This document shows positions 1 through 10,500 of a DNA stretch of 64,000 bases, one piece after another. A program made the translations under genes and the position numbers. Below the pieces are notes generated by a model. It saw only the letters and a program-made list of their open reading frames with translations. It was not told the origin of the DNA and did not search any database. Source of the DNA: Brevundimonas sp. (lineage in GTDB: Bacteria; Pseudomonadota; Alphaproteobacteria; Caulobacterales; Caulobacteraceae). Position 1 is the first letter of the stretch. Every line of letters begins with the position of its first letter. The stretch covers positions 36,273 through 100,272 of the forward strand of contig NZ_JAYRPA010000074.1 of NCBI RefSeq assembly GCF_041911375.1, in the 5' to 3' direction.

Positions 1-837
1 CAACGCCTCCTGCGCGGCCAGGGCGGCGGTATGGGCGGCGGCGGCGGCGGTCGTCGTCTCGGCCACGGCGCGGTCGGCGTCGCGCAAATCGCCGGCGGCG
101 GCTTCGGCGGCCAGCCGGGCGTCGTTCCAGCGGACATAGAGCAGGGCGGCCTGCAGGGCGCGGATCTCGGCGGAGATCTTCTTGTACTTTTCAGCCTGGC
201 GGGCCTCGCGCTTCAGCCGGTTCAGCGCCGTCTCCAGCTCGCGGCCGATGTCGTCCAGCCGCTCCAGGTTCGTCTCGGCGGCCTTGAGGCGCAGCTCGGC
301 TTCATGGCGGCGGGTGTGCAGGCCGGCCACGCCGCCCGCCTCTTCCAGGATGCGGCGGCGGTTCTGCGGCTTGGCGGCGATCAGTTCGCTGATCTGCCCC
401 TGGCGGACCAGGGCGGGGGAGTTGGCGCCGGTCGAGGCGTCGGCGAACAGAAGCTGGACATCGCGCGCGCGGACCTCCTTGCCGTTGATCCGGTAGGTCG
501 AGCCCTGGCCCCGGTCGATGCGGCGCGACACCTCCAGCACGGGGCTGTCGGTGAACGGCTGGGGCGCGCGCCGTTGCGCGTTGTCGATCGTCAGTTGGAC
601 TTCGGCGTGGCTGCGCGGCGGGCGTCCGGCGGCGCCGGCGAAAATGACGTCGTCCATGCCCTGGCCGCGCATGGCCTTGGCCGAGTTCGCGCCCATGACC
701 CAGCGCAGGCTTTCCAGCACGTTCGACTTGCCGCAACCGTTCGGCCCGACGACGCCGGTCAGGCCAGGCTCGATATGCACCTCCGCCGCGTCGACGAAGG
801 ACTTGAAGCCGACGAGCCGGAGGCGCTGGAACTGCAT
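1..837 (-). CDS. smc: Chromosome partition protein SMC, N-terminal part (gene continues past the left window edge)
   Basis: Absent from the ORF track because it has no stop in the window. The reverse complement from 837 reads [59 protein letters not shown], the SMC head with Walker [10 protein letters not shown]. Confidence 0.9.
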   Translation of the reverse strand, partial: MQFQRLRLVGFKSFVDAAEVHIEPGLTGVVGPNGCGKSNVLESLRWVMGANSAKAMRGQGMDDVIFAGAAGRPPRSHAEVQLTIDNAQRRAPQPFTDSPVLEVSRRIDRGQGSTYRINGKEVRARDVQLLFADASTGANSPALVRQGQISELIAAKPQNRRRILEEAGGVAGLHTRRHEAELRLKAAETNLERLDDIGRELETALNRLKREARQAEKYKKISAEIRALQAALLYVRWNDARLAAEAAAGDLRDADRAVAETTTAAAAAHTAALAAQEAL

Positions 838-849
838 GGCCTCAGGGGG

Positions 850-1470
850 TCACGGCAGCAGCGGCTCGATCGCCGCCGCCAGGCCGTCCAGCGACGTGTC
901 CTCGACCCGCTTGCCGTTGACGAAGAAGCTGGGCGTGCCGGTCACGCCGGCCGCCTGGGCGTCGGCGATCTGGGCCTCCAGCGCGGCCTGGGTGGCCGGG
1001 TCCTCCACGCAGGCGCCCACCTCTTCGGCCGAGCGACCGCCGACCTCGATGGCGTTCAGGAACCAGCCGGCCGGATAGCGCATCAGCCGGGCGGCTTCCT
1101 GCTGGGCCATCAGCAGTTCGATCGCCGCGAAGGCCTTGTCCGGCGCCACGCAGCGCGCGACCCTGGCGGCCAGGCTGGCGACCGGCCCGGGGTTGGTCGG
1201 CAGGTCGCGATAGACGAAACGGACCTGGCCGCTGTCGATGAAGCGGGTCTTGAACTCGGGCAGGACCGTATTGGCCCAGTCCGCGCAGTGCGGGCAGGTG
1301 AACGAGGAATATTCGATCACCGTCACCGGGGCGTCCGCCGATCCCAGCGTCCGGTCGGCGGCCGTGACCGCCGCCGGTTCGGCCGCCCAGGCCGAGGTCG
1401 TGGCGAGCGCCGGCGCGGTCAGCAGGGCCAGCCCCATCAACGCCAGACTGGTCAGCGGACGGCGGATCAT
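850..1470 (-). CDS. Periplasmic DsbA-family thiol:disulfide oxidoreductase
   Basis: Inner part of ORF 850..1923. The in-frame start at 1470 gives MIRRPLTSLALMGLALLTAPALA (Sec-type signal). CxxC motif FTCPHC is present. The upstream part of the ORF is Arg/Pro/Gly-rich and overlaps the next gene. Confidence 0.85.
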   Translation of the reverse strand: MIRRPLTSLALMGLALLTAPALATTSAWAAEPAAVTAADRTLGSADAPVTVIEYSSFTCPHCADWANTVLPEFKTRFIDSGQVRFVYRDLPTNPGPVASLAARVARCVAPDKAFAAIELLMAQQEAARLMRYPAGWFLNAIEVGGRSAEEVGACVEDPATQAALEAQIADAQAAGVTGTPSFFVNGKRVEDTSLDGLAAAIEPLLP

Positions 1471-1478
1471 GCCGGGCT

Positions 1479-2126
1479 TCACTTGGCCAGTTCGGCGTCG
1501 ATGGCGGTCGACAGGTCCGCCAGGCTTGCGCCTTCGCCGCCCGGAGTGATGACCTGGGTTCCGTTGACGTAGAAGGCCGGGGTGCCGGTCACGCCCTGGG
1601 CGCGGGCGGCCTGGATGCGCTGGTCCATGGCGGCGATGGCGTCCCGATCGGTGATGCACTGGTTGAACTGCTCTTCCGACAGACCGGCGGCCTGGGCCGT
1701 GCGCAGCAGCCAGTCGCGCGGCGAGCTCGTCACCATCTCCTGCTGGGTGGCCATCAGCTGGTGGACCACGTCGAAATACTTGTCCTCGCCGGCGCAGCGG
1801 GCGACCAGGAAGCCGGCGGTGGCGGCGTCGACCGGCGGGGTCGGCAGTTCGCGGAAGACGTAGCGGACCTTGTTGGTGTCGACATACTTGGCCTTGAAGC
1901 CCGGCCAGGTGTTCTTCTGCCACAGGGCGCAGTGCGGACAGGTGACCGAGGCGTATTCCACCACGGTGACCTTGGCGCCTTCGGGCGCGCCCATGCCGAT
2001 GTCGCCCTCGGCGGCGCCGCCGGCGTTGCCGCCGCTGCAGGCGGCCAGGGCCATGGTCGCCAGGGCGGCGCCCGTGATGGCGGCGCGGCGGCTCATGCGG
2101 GCGAAGCGGGATTCAGTCGGGGCCAT
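1479..2126 (-). CDS. DsbA-family thiol:disulfide oxidoreductase, predicted lipoprotein
   Basis: ORF 1479..2126 with lipobox LAAC and CxxC motif VTCPHC. Clearly paralogous to the adjacent gene (VRYVFRELP vs VRFVYRDLP; GVTGTPAFYVNG vs GVTGTPSFFVNG). An alternative start Met is at 2096. Confidence 0.85.
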   Translation of the reverse strand: MAPTESRFARMSRRAAITGAALATMALAACSGGNAGGAAEGDIGMGAPEGAKVTVVEYASVTCPHCALWQKNTWPGFKAKYVDTNKVRYVFRELPTPPVDAATAGFLVARCAGEDKYFDVVHQLMATQQEMVTSSPRDWLLRTAQAAGLSEEQFNQCITDRDAIAAMDQRIQAARAQGVTGTPAFYVNGTQVITPGGEGASLADLSTAIDAELAK

Positions 2127-2222
2127 GGGACGTCCTTGGTCGGATGTGTGCCGGATGATCGCGCGATTCCCCCGGAACAGCGCAACCCGAGACTTGTCGA
2201 GAACAGGTGCGGCGAAGTTTTG

Positions 2223-2774
2223 TCAATCTTGACCGTTCGGCCGCGACATCGCCGCACGGCCCAGCCGGGCCAGGGCGGCCTTCAATTCGTCGCGCGCATC
2301 GGCGATGGAGGCGGCCAGTTCGGCCTCGGCTGCGGCGGGCAGGGGCGGGGGCTTTCGCACCGTCTTCGGGCGCTGGGCGGGTTCTGCCAGCGGCTTGACC
2401 GGGCCCTGGGCGATACGCAGCCGGCCCACCGCGTCCTGGCCCAGGAACAGGTTGACGCGGGACAGGATTTCTTCGGACTGATGCTGGACCAGCAGGGCCG
2501 CGGCCCCGGCGACGCGCAACTCCAGCACGCCGGGTTGGTCGCCCTTGCCCTTGGTCAGCTTCTGAGGGCGGGTGACGCGCGCCAGGCGATCGCCCACGAT
2601 CTCGCGCCAGCGCGGTTCCAGGGCGCCCGCGCCGCGGCCGAACTGCGCGTCCAGCTTCTTGATCAGAGGCGTCAGCGCCTTGCCCGCGCGGGGCGCCGGG
2701 CGCGGCGCCGGGCGGGTGCGACGGCGCGAAAGGATCTCGCGGACCTCGGCGTCGGTGGGCAGGGTGCGGCGCAT
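2223..2774 (-). CDS. DUF721 (DciA-like) domain protein
   Basis: ORF 2223..2774. The core RWREIVGDRLARVTRPQKL...GVLELRVAGAAALLVQHQSEEILSRVNLFLG matches the DUF721 pattern (W..ivG..la..t.p..l..g.L.v.v....a.el......il..vn). It is divergent from mutY, a common alphaproteobacterial arrangement. Confidence 0.65.
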   Translation of the reverse strand: MRRTLPTDAEVREILSRRRTRPAPRPAPRAGKALTPLIKKLDAQFGRGAGALEPRWREIVGDRLARVTRPQKLTKGKGDQPGVLELRVAGAAALLVQHQSEEILSRVNLFLGQDAVGRLRIAQGPVKPLAEPAQRPKTVRKPPPLPAAAEAELAASIADARDELKAALARLGRAAMSRPNGQD

Positions 2775-2794
2775 GAGGCTATATACCCCGGCCG

Positions 2795-3844
2795 ATGCCC
2801 CCAGTCTCTCCTGACGTCTCCGTCGTTCGATCCGACCTGCTCGCCTGGTACGACGCCAACGCGCGCCGCCTGGCCTGGCGCGCCCCGCCGGGGGCGGCGC
2901 GGACCGAGCCCTATCGCGTCTGGCTGTCGGAGGTGATGCTGCAGCAGACGACGACGCCGCACGCGACGCCGTACTTCCTGAACTTCACCGCGCGCTGGCC
3001 GACGGTGTCGGACCTGGCGGCGGCCGAGGACGGCGAGGTGATGGCCGCCTGGGCCGGGCTGGGCTACTACGCCCGGGCGCGAAACCTGCTGGCCTGCGCG
3101 CGTGCGGTGGCGGGCGAGCATGGCGGGATCTTCCCAGACACCGAAGCGGCGTTGCTGGCCCTGCCGGGGGTCGGCGCCTATACCGCGGCGGCCGTGGCCG
3201 CCATCGCCTTTGACCGTGCGGCCAATGTGGTGGACGGCAATGTCGAGCGCGTCATGGCGCGGCTGTTTGCGGTCGAGACGCCGGTTCCGGCGGCGCGACC
3301 GGAGTTGAAACGACTGGCCGCGCAGTTCGTCACGGACGAGCGGCCGGGCGACTGGGCGCAGGCGCTGATGGACCTGGGCGCGACGGTGTGCCGGCCGAAG
3401 TCGCCGCTGTGCGGATCCTGCCCTGTCTCGGGCCAATGTCTCGGGCTGGCGAGCGGGGCGCCGGATCGCTATCCGGTCAAGGCGAAGAAGGCGGCGCGGC
3501 CGCATCGCCTGGGCGTGGTTTACGTCATCTTCGATGCGCAGGGACGCGTGGCGCTGGAGCGTCGGCCGGACAAGGGCCTGCTAGGCGGCATGATGGGGCT
3601 GCCGACAGGCGACTGGACGACCGCTTCGCCGCCCGACCGCCCTCCCGTCGCGGGCGACTGGCGCGAAGCGGGGGCGGTGGAGCATGTCTTCACCCACTTC
3701 AGCCTGACGCTTCATGTGCGCACGGCGACCATCCCCGCGGACGAGGACGCCTATCTGTGGACGCCGCTGGAACAGGCCCGTGACGCCCTGCCGACCGTCT
3801 TCGCCAAGGCGCTGGATCGCGCGGGGGCGCCCGACCTGCTCTAG
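2795..3844 (+). CDS. mutY: A/G-specific adenine DNA glycosylase MutY
   Basis: ORF 2795..3844 contains YRVWLSEVMLQQTTT, the HhH segment LPGVGAYTAAAVAAIAF, the 4Fe-4S cluster loop CRPKSPLCGSCPVSGQC, and a C-terminal NUDIX-like domain. Confidence 0.93.
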   Translation: MPPVSPDVSVVRSDLLAWYDANARRLAWRAPPGAARTEPYRVWLSEVMLQQTTTPHATPYFLNFTARWPTVSDLAAAEDGEVMAAWAGLGYYARARNLLACARAVAGEHGGIFPDTEAALLALPGVGAYTAAAVAAIAFDRAANVVDGNVERVMARLFAVETPVPAARPELKRLAAQFVTDERPGDWAQALMDLGATVCRPKSPLCGSCPVSGQCLGLASGAPDRYPVKAKKAARPHRLGVVYVIFDAQGRVALERRPDKGLLGGMMGLPTGDWTTASPPDRPPVAGDWREAGAVEHVFTHFSLTLHVRTATIPADEDAYLWTPLEQARDALPTVFAKALDRAGAPDLL

Positions 3845-5988
3845 CGCAGGGTCCGCACCGAGATCGCGCCGCGGCGGTTGCGCGGGATGACGACGGAGCG
3901 GCCCTCCACATGCTGGATGTTCAGATCCACGAGGGCCTCGCCGATGCGCAGGTTGGTGATCTTGAGACGGTCGACGCCGGCGGGCAGGACCGGATCGGCC
4001 ATGTCGATGGTCCCGGTCCAGGCGTCGATCGACAGGCCCAGCGCCGCCTGAAGCATCTGGAAGACTGATCCCGCCGCCCACGCCTGGGGCAGGCAGGCGA
4101 CCGGATAGGCGATGGGGGGCTCGCCCGGCGCGCGCGAGAAGCCGCAGAACAGCTCCGGCAGGCGCATGTGGAAATGGGCGGCGGCGGCGTAGATCTCGCT
4201 GAGGATGGCGGCGACGGCGTCGCGCTCGCCGTAGTTGGCCATGCCGGCGGCGGCCAGGGCCGTGTCATGCGGCCAGACCGAGCCGTTGTGATAGCTCATC
4301 GGATTGTAGCGCGCCTGGCCCATCTCCAGGGTGCGGATGCCCCAGCCGGTGCGGAACTCGGCCGACAGCAGGCGCCTGGTCACGCGGCGGGCGCGCTCCA
4401 CCGACGGCAGGCCGGTGAACAGCAGATGGCCGGCGTTGGACGCGATGGCGCGACACTGGTTCCCGTCGCCGTCCAGCGCCACGGCGTAGAAGCCCTGATC
4501 CTCCATCCAGTAGCGTTCCTCGACCAGTCCCCGGACCTGCTCGGCGCGCATGGCCCATTCGGGCGCGCGGTCGTCGTGCAGTCGGCGGCCCAGATCGGCC
4601 AGGGCGCGCCAGGCGGCGAACGCATAGCCCTGGACCTCCAGCAGGGCGATCGGCCCCTTGGGAAAGCGGCCGTCGGCGTGGAAGATGGAGTCCTCGGAAT
4701 CCTTCCAGCCCTGGTTGGACAGGCCCGTGTCGGCGCCGCGCTGATAGTCGATCAGGCCGTCGCCGTTCGAGTCGCCGTAGTCGCGCATCCAGTTCGCCGC
4801 GGCGATCAGGTTGGGCCACAGCGTGCGGATCAGGTCCAGGTCGCCGGTGCGGCTGGCGTAGGCGCCGGCCAGGGCGATGAACAGACAGGTCGTGTCGACG
4901 CCGCCGTAGTAGAGGCCGAACGGCACCTCGCGCAGCGCGCTCATCTCGCCGCCGCGCGTCTCGTGCATGATCTTGCCGGGCTGGCTGTCCTGGAAGAGCG
5001 AGGTCTCGGTCGCCTGACGTTTCGCCAGATAGGTCAGCACGCCCTTGGCCAGCGAGGGATCCAGCCAAAGCATCTGCCAGGCCGAGATGATGCCGTCGCG
5101 TCCGAACGGCGTCGAGAACCATGGCGTGCCGGCATAGGGATAGGGGCCGGTCGGCAGGTCGGTGGTCAACAGCGCCATGTCCGCGCGCGACTGGTCCAGC
5201 CAGTCGTTGAAGCGCGGGCTGCGCGGCCCGCGCACGGTCGCGCCGCGTCGACGTTTGGCCCGCATGGCCAGCCGGGCCTGAATGGCGTTCAGCCGCCAGC
5301 GGCGGAAGTCCGGCGTCTCACAGGAATCGACGCCGCATTCGATGAAGAGCTCGAGCTGACGACCCTTGGGCAGGCTGAACATGAATTCGGCGCGGGTCGG
5401 CGACAGACGCGCCGGCGGCTCGGAAAAGGACAGGCAACTGGTGCGCGTCACGTCATCCAGGCCGACATAGCGGAAGGAGACGCGGCGGCCGTCGTTCGTG
5501 GGCGTCTCGATCGTACCCCGCTTCAGACGGGGCGTGCCGCGAACCTGGAAGATGTCGGCGAAGTCGGCGCCGAAGTCGAAGGCCAGCGGCAGCAGCACGT
5601 CCTCCACGCCGTGGTTGGTCATCTGCACCCGCTCGAACATGCGGCGGTTCCACAGGAACCGGCGGCGCTCGATGTGCAGCACGCCCGCCGGCGCCGATCG
5701 CCCGCCCATGGGCGGCAGGGGACGATTGGTGGTGTGGCAGGAGAAGAAGACGTTGTCCTGGCTTACGCCCGAGGACAGGCGGGACGGTCGCAACTGGCCC
5801 ACGCTCATGACCCAGCGCGACAGCACGCGGGTGTCGCCCGCGAACAGGCCGTCGGCGCCGCCCTTCATGTCGCCCCAGCCGTCCGCGACCAGGAAGGTGT
5901 CGCCTTCCTTCAGCGCCATCAGCTGCTCGAGACCCGAGGCCTCGACGCTTTCGCCGGCGGTCAGTTGCGTGGTGTAGGCGTCATCCAT
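3841..5988 (-). CDS. Amylo-alpha-1,6-glucosidase / glycogen-debranching-like family protein (GDE_N_bis + GDE_C six-hairpin glycosidase)
   Basis: ORF 3841..5988 (715 aa). It has the family-typical N-terminal LKEGDTFLVADGWGD and a central WFSTPFGRDGIISAWQMLWLDP (FGRD motif). Its stop overlaps the mutY stop (CTAG at 3841-3844). Confidence 0.75.
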   Translation of the reverse strand: MDDAYTTQLTAGESVEASGLEQLMALKEGDTFLVADGWGDMKGGADGLFAGDTRVLSRWVMSVGQLRPSRLSSGVSQDNVFFSCHTTNRPLPPMGGRSAPAGVLHIERRRFLWNRRMFERVQMTNHGVEDVLLPLAFDFGADFADIFQVRGTPRLKRGTIETPTNDGRRVSFRYVGLDDVTRTSCLSFSEPPARLSPTRAEFMFSLPKGRQLELFIECGVDSCETPDFRRWRLNAIQARLAMRAKRRRGATVRGPRSPRFNDWLDQSRADMALLTTDLPTGPYPYAGTPWFSTPFGRDGIISAWQMLWLDPSLAKGVLTYLAKRQATETSLFQDSQPGKIMHETRGGEMSALREVPFGLYYGGVDTTCLFIALAGAYASRTGDLDLIRTLWPNLIAAANWMRDYGDSNGDGLIDYQRGADTGLSNQGWKDSEDSIFHADGRFPKGPIALLEVQGYAFAAWRALADLGRRLHDDRAPEWAMRAEQVRGLVEERYWMEDQGFYAVALDGDGNQCRAIASNAGHLLFTGLPSVERARRVTRRLLSAEFRTGWGIRTLEMGQARYNPMSYHNGSVWPHDTALAAAGMANYGERDAVAAILSEIYAAAAHFHMRLPELFCGFSRAPGEPPIAYPVACLPQAWAAGSVFQMLQAALGLSIDAWTGTIDMADPVLPAGVDRLKITNLRIGEALVDLNIQHVEGRSVVIPRNRRGAISVRTLR

Positions 5989-6128
5989 GCGGTCTTCCCC
6001 GTGATTTGAAGGCCGAAACCGAGCGTCCCACCGAAATGCGGCGCTGAAAGGCCGCTTGGTGATGCAAATGAAGCAGGCGGCGGAGGGTTCACCTCCGCCG
6101 CCCGATTATCGCGCCCGGCTAGTATCGA

Positions 6129-7244
6129 TCAGGCGATGGCGGCGAAGCTGCGGTCCTCGTCCCGAGCGCGCAGGGGCGTCACGACGTCCGCCAGCGGGGC
6201 CTCGGCGAACGGGCGGCGCGCCAGCAGGTCGCCGTAGACGTCCAGATAACGCCGCGCCATTGCGGTCGAAGAGAAGCGCAGGTCGAAGCGCGCACGCACC
6301 GCCTCGCGGTCCAGCAGATGGGCGCGACCGGCCGCGGCCACCGCCTGCTCCATGGTGTCGACCAGGAACCCGGTGGCGCCATCCTCGATGATCTCGGGCG
6401 TCGAGCCGCAGCGGAAGGCTACGACCGGCGTGCCGCAGGCCATGGCCTCGATCATCACCAGGCCGAAAGGCTCGGGCCAGTCGATGGGGAACAGCAGGGC
6501 ATCGGCGCCGCCCAGGAAGTCGGACTTCTCGTGATCGCCGATCTCGCCGATGAACTCGATCAGCGGATTGCCCTCGATCATCGGCCGGATGCTTTCTTCC
6601 CAGTAGCGCTTGTCGGCCGCGTCGACCTTGGCGGCCATCTTGAGGCGCTTGCCCAGCTTGGTGGCGATCTCGATCGCGCGGTCGGGCCGCTTCTCCGGCG
6701 AGATGCGGCCAAGGAAGGCCAGGTAGCCGTCGGACTTCGGCGTGAAGCGGTAGAGATCGCCCGGCATGCCGTGGTGAACCGTCGCCTTCCAGTTGGCGAA
6801 GTGCAGCGGCTTGCGCTGGTCGTCCGAGATCGAGATCAGGCCGAACTCGTTCCAGCGGGCGTAGACGCCGGGCAGGTCCTTCATGTCCAGCCGCCCGTGC
6901 AGCGTGGTGATCGTCTTGTCCGCATACCGCCGGAACAGCGGGAAGTGGATCATGTCGGTGTGGAAATGGATGACGTCGAAGTCGTCCGCGCGGTCCAGCA
7001 CCTCGCCCAGCATGGAAAGGTGGGCCGCCAGGTCCGACTTCAGCGGCGCCGGATCGAGGCGGATCGCCTGATCGCGGACCGGAACCAGACGCGCGCGCGT
7101 CTGGGCGTCGGCGCTGGCGAACAGGGTGACGTCGTGTCCCAGGTCGACAAGTGCGTCAGTCAGATGCGCCACGACCCGTTCGGTTCCGCCATAGAGCTTG
7201 GGCGGTACGGCCTCATACAGCGGGGTGACCTGCGCGATCTTCAT
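6129..7244 (-). CDS. Family 4 (GT-B) glycosyltransferase
   Basis: Inner part of ORF 6129..7391. The start MKIAQVTPLYEAVPPKLYGGTERVV at 7244 is in frame. Motifs are GRISPEKR and EPFGLVMIEAMACGTPV (E-x7-E). It lies directly upstream of the glucosidase on the same strand. Confidence 0.85.
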   Translation of the reverse strand: MKIAQVTPLYEAVPPKLYGGTERVVAHLTDALVDLGHDVTLFASADAQTRARLVPVRDQAIRLDPAPLKSDLAAHLSMLGEVLDRADDFDVIHFHTDMIHFPLFRRYADKTITTLHGRLDMKDLPGVYARWNEFGLISISDDQRKPLHFANWKATVHHGMPGDLYRFTPKSDGYLAFLGRISPEKRPDRAIEIATKLGKRLKMAAKVDAADKRYWEESIRPMIEGNPLIEFIGEIGDHEKSDFLGGADALLFPIDWPEPFGLVMIEAMACGTPVVAFRCGSTPEIIEDGATGFLVDTMEQAVAAAGRAHLLDREAVRARFDLRFSSTAMARRYLDVYGDLLARRPFAEAPLADVVTPLRARDEDRSFAAIA

Positions 7245-7450
7245 GATGTCTGTGCTCCGCCCCATCCCTGGGGGCTGTCGACAACAATGATTTCGCACCT
7301 GCGAAGTTCCGTCGCAGCGGGACGAATTTTCACATAGGTTTCTACGGCTTATGGCGAAGCTGGGATCGCTTCCGCGTACGAATTCGCGCACTTTTCGTGG
7401 GCGCGCTCGCTAAGTGCTTGATCCGCCTCATGCGGCGGGCCGCCGCACCC

Positions 7451-8569
<1,119 letters not shown>

Positions 8570-8641
8570 TTACGGTTAAGGCAGGGTAACCGTCCCGAAA
8601 ACGGGGATGCAAATCGTCGCGCGCATGGTTATGAGGCGCAG

Positions 8642-10069
8642 ATGATCGCACGCCTTCGTCCCGTTCCCTTCGACCTCGGTCCCGTCCACTTCGTCGGCAT
8701 CGGCGGCATCGGCATGAGCGGCATCGCCGAGATCATGCTGAAGATCGGCTATTCGGTTCAGGGCTCGGACGCCAAGGCCAGCGCCAACACCGAGCGGCTG
8801 GAGAAGCTGGGCGCGAAGATCTTCATCGGCCACGATGCGGCCCATGTCGGCGAAGGGGTCTCGGCGGTGGTCTATTCGACCGCGGTCAAGGCCGAGAACC
8901 CGGAGATGAAGGCCGCCCGCGCGCGCCGCATCCCCCTGGTCCGTCGGGCCGAGATGCTGGCCGAGCTGATGCGGCTGCAGTTCTCCATCGCGGTCGGCGG
9001 CACCCACGGCAAGACGACGACGACCAGCATGGTCGCGGCCCTGCTGGACGCAGCCGGCCTGGACCCGACGGTGGTCAACGGCGGCATCATCAACGCCTAT
9101 GGCACCAACGCCAAGGTCGGCGACGGCGACTGGATCGTGGTCGAGGCCGACGAATCCGACGGCAGCTTCCTGCGCCTGAAGTCGACGGTGGCCATCGTCA
9201 CCAACATCGATCCCGAGCACCTGGATCACTACGGCGACTTCGACGCGGTCAGGAAAGCCTTCTGCGACTTCGTGGAGAACATCCCCTTCTACGGCTTCGC
9301 GGCCGTCTGCCTGGATCATCCCGAGGTGCAGCGGCTGGTCGCCTCGATCGATAACCGGCGGTTGGTGACCTACGGCGTCAATCCGCAGGCCATGGTGCGG
9401 GCCGAGGGTTGCGAGATGGGACCGGACGGCGCCCGGTTCGACGTGGTCATCCAGAACGGCGAGACACACCGGATCGAGAATCTGCACCTGCCTATGGCGG
9501 GTTGGCACAACGTCTCCAACGCCCTGGCCGCCATCGCGGTGGCGCGCGAACTGGACGTGTCGGACGAGGCGATCCGCGAAGGACTGGCCAAGTTCGGCGG
9601 GGTCAAGCGGCGCTTCACCACCACCGGCGTGGTGGGCGGCGTTCGCATCGTCGACGACTACGGGCACCATCCGGTCGAGATCGCCGCCGTGCTGAAGGCG
9701 GCGCGTCAGGTGGTCCAGACGGCCGAAGGCGGGGGACGCGTCATCGCCGTTGTCCAGCCGCACCGCTACACCCGCCTGCGCGATCTCATGGACGAGTTCT
9801 CGACCAGCTTCTCCGACGCCGACAGCGTGATCGTGGCCGACGTCTATCCGGCCGGCGAAACCCCGATCGAAGGGGTGGACAAGCACGCGCTGGCCGAGGG
9901 CGTGCGCCGCTACGGCCACCGGAACGTCCAGGCGCTGGAGAACGCCGCCGTCCTGCCGCGCCTGATCAAGGACGAGGCGCGGTCCGGCGATGTGGTCGTC
10001 CTGCTGGGGGCCGGCGACATCACCAGCTGGGCCTATGGCCTGCCCGCGCAGCTGGAGGCGCTGGGGTGA
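8642..10069 (+). CDS. murC: UDP-N-acetylmuramate--L-alanine ligase
   Basis: The last 475 codons of ORF 7397..10069. The start [32 protein letters not shown] is at 8642, with [11 protein letters not shown] present. The upstream part of the ORF is antisense to ccrM and low-complexity. Confidence 0.93.
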   Translation: MIARLRPVPFDLGPVHFVGIGGIGMSGIAEIMLKIGYSVQGSDAKASANTERLEKLGAKIFIGHDAAHVGEGVSAVVYSTAVKAENPEMKAARARRIPLVRRAEMLAELMRLQFSIAVGGTHGKTTTTSMVAALLDAAGLDPTVVNGGIINAYGTNAKVGDGDWIVVEADESDGSFLRLKSTVAIVTNIDPEHLDHYGDFDAVRKAFCDFVENIPFYGFAAVCLDHPEVQRLVASIDNRRLVTYGVNPQAMVRAEGCEMGPDGARFDVVIQNGETHRIENLHLPMAGWHNVSNALAAIAVARELDVSDEAIREGLAKFGGVKRRFTTTGVVGGVRIVDDYGHHPVEIAAVLKAARQVVQTAEGGGRVIAVVQPHRYTRLRDLMDEFSTSFSDADSVIVADVYPAGETPIEGVDKHALAEGVRRYGHRNVQALENAAVLPRLIKDEARSGDVVVLLGAGDITSWAYGLPAQLEALG

Positions 10070-10500
10070 CTGTTCTGACCGGCGGCTGTCAGTGCGGGGC
10101 GATCCGCTATTCCCTGTCGGCCGAGCCCTATACCGAGTTTTGCCATTGCGACATGTGCAAGCGGGCGACGGGCGGGGTGTTCGCCGCCCTGTCCGGCGTC
10201 CGCAAGGATCAGCTGACCTGGACACGTGGGGAGCCAAGCTCCAGCCTGTCCAAGCGCGGCTTTTGCCCCAGCTGCGGCACGCCGCTGAGCTTTGACTACG
10301 ATTCCAAGGACACCATCGAGGTGACGACCGGCAGCCTGGACGAGCCCGAGCGCGCGCCGGTGCAGGCGCATTTCGGCGTCGAGAGCCGGCTGTCCTGGTT
10401 GAAGCTGTGCGACGGGCTGCCGGAAAAGGCGACGGGCGCCAGCCCGGATTCCCCGGTCAACCGACCCGACTTCAAGCCGCAACAGGATCCCGACCGATGA
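10066..10500 (+). CDS. GFA (glutathione-dependent formaldehyde-activating / CENP-V) family zinc protein
   Basis: The tail of ORF 9409..10500. A GTG start at 10066 overlaps the murC stop (GTGA). Motifs are [16 protein letters not shown] and FCPSCGTPL. Its stop overlaps the murB ATG (ATGA). Confidence 0.75.
   Translation: MTVLTGGCQCGAIRYSLSAEPYTEFCHCDMCKRATGGVFAALSGVRKDQLTWTRGEPSSSLSKRGFCPSCGTPLSFDYDSKDTIEVTTGSLDEPERAPVQAHFGVESRLSWLKLCDGLPEKATGASPDSPVNRPDFKPQQDPDR

Noticed and set aside
31-1572. A 513-aa plus-strand ORF covering the smc 5' end and the first DsbA gene.
   Set aside because: The protein is Gly/Arg/Ala/Pro-rich and low-complexity with no motif. It lies antisense to two ORFs with clear SMC Walker A and DsbA CPHC motifs, making it a typical GC-driven shadow frame.
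4168-6009. A 613-aa plus-strand ORF opposite the glucosidase gene. Similar long shadow ORFs are 8576..10237(-), 12980..14638(-), 25379..27292(-), 27380..29032(-), 34376..36445(+), 39489..41795(+), 44112..45560(-), 51180..53240(+) and 54068..55492(-).
   Set aside because: All are antisense or out of frame relative to genes with unambiguous family motifs (murC, ftsQ/ftsA, fabD/fabG, fabF, the aminotransferase/rsmA, lptD, pepA, M61, the TonB-dependent receptor). Their translations are dominated by R/G/A/P/D/H runs, as expected when stop codons are rare at about 68% GC.
8575-8591. A full CtrA box upstream of ccrM (TTAAGGCAGGGTAACC).
   Set aside because: Only one half-site (TTAAC on the minus strand) is intact. 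The second half matches only with N6 spacing, or with 2-3 mismatches at N7. It is kept only as a remark in a finding, not as a feature.
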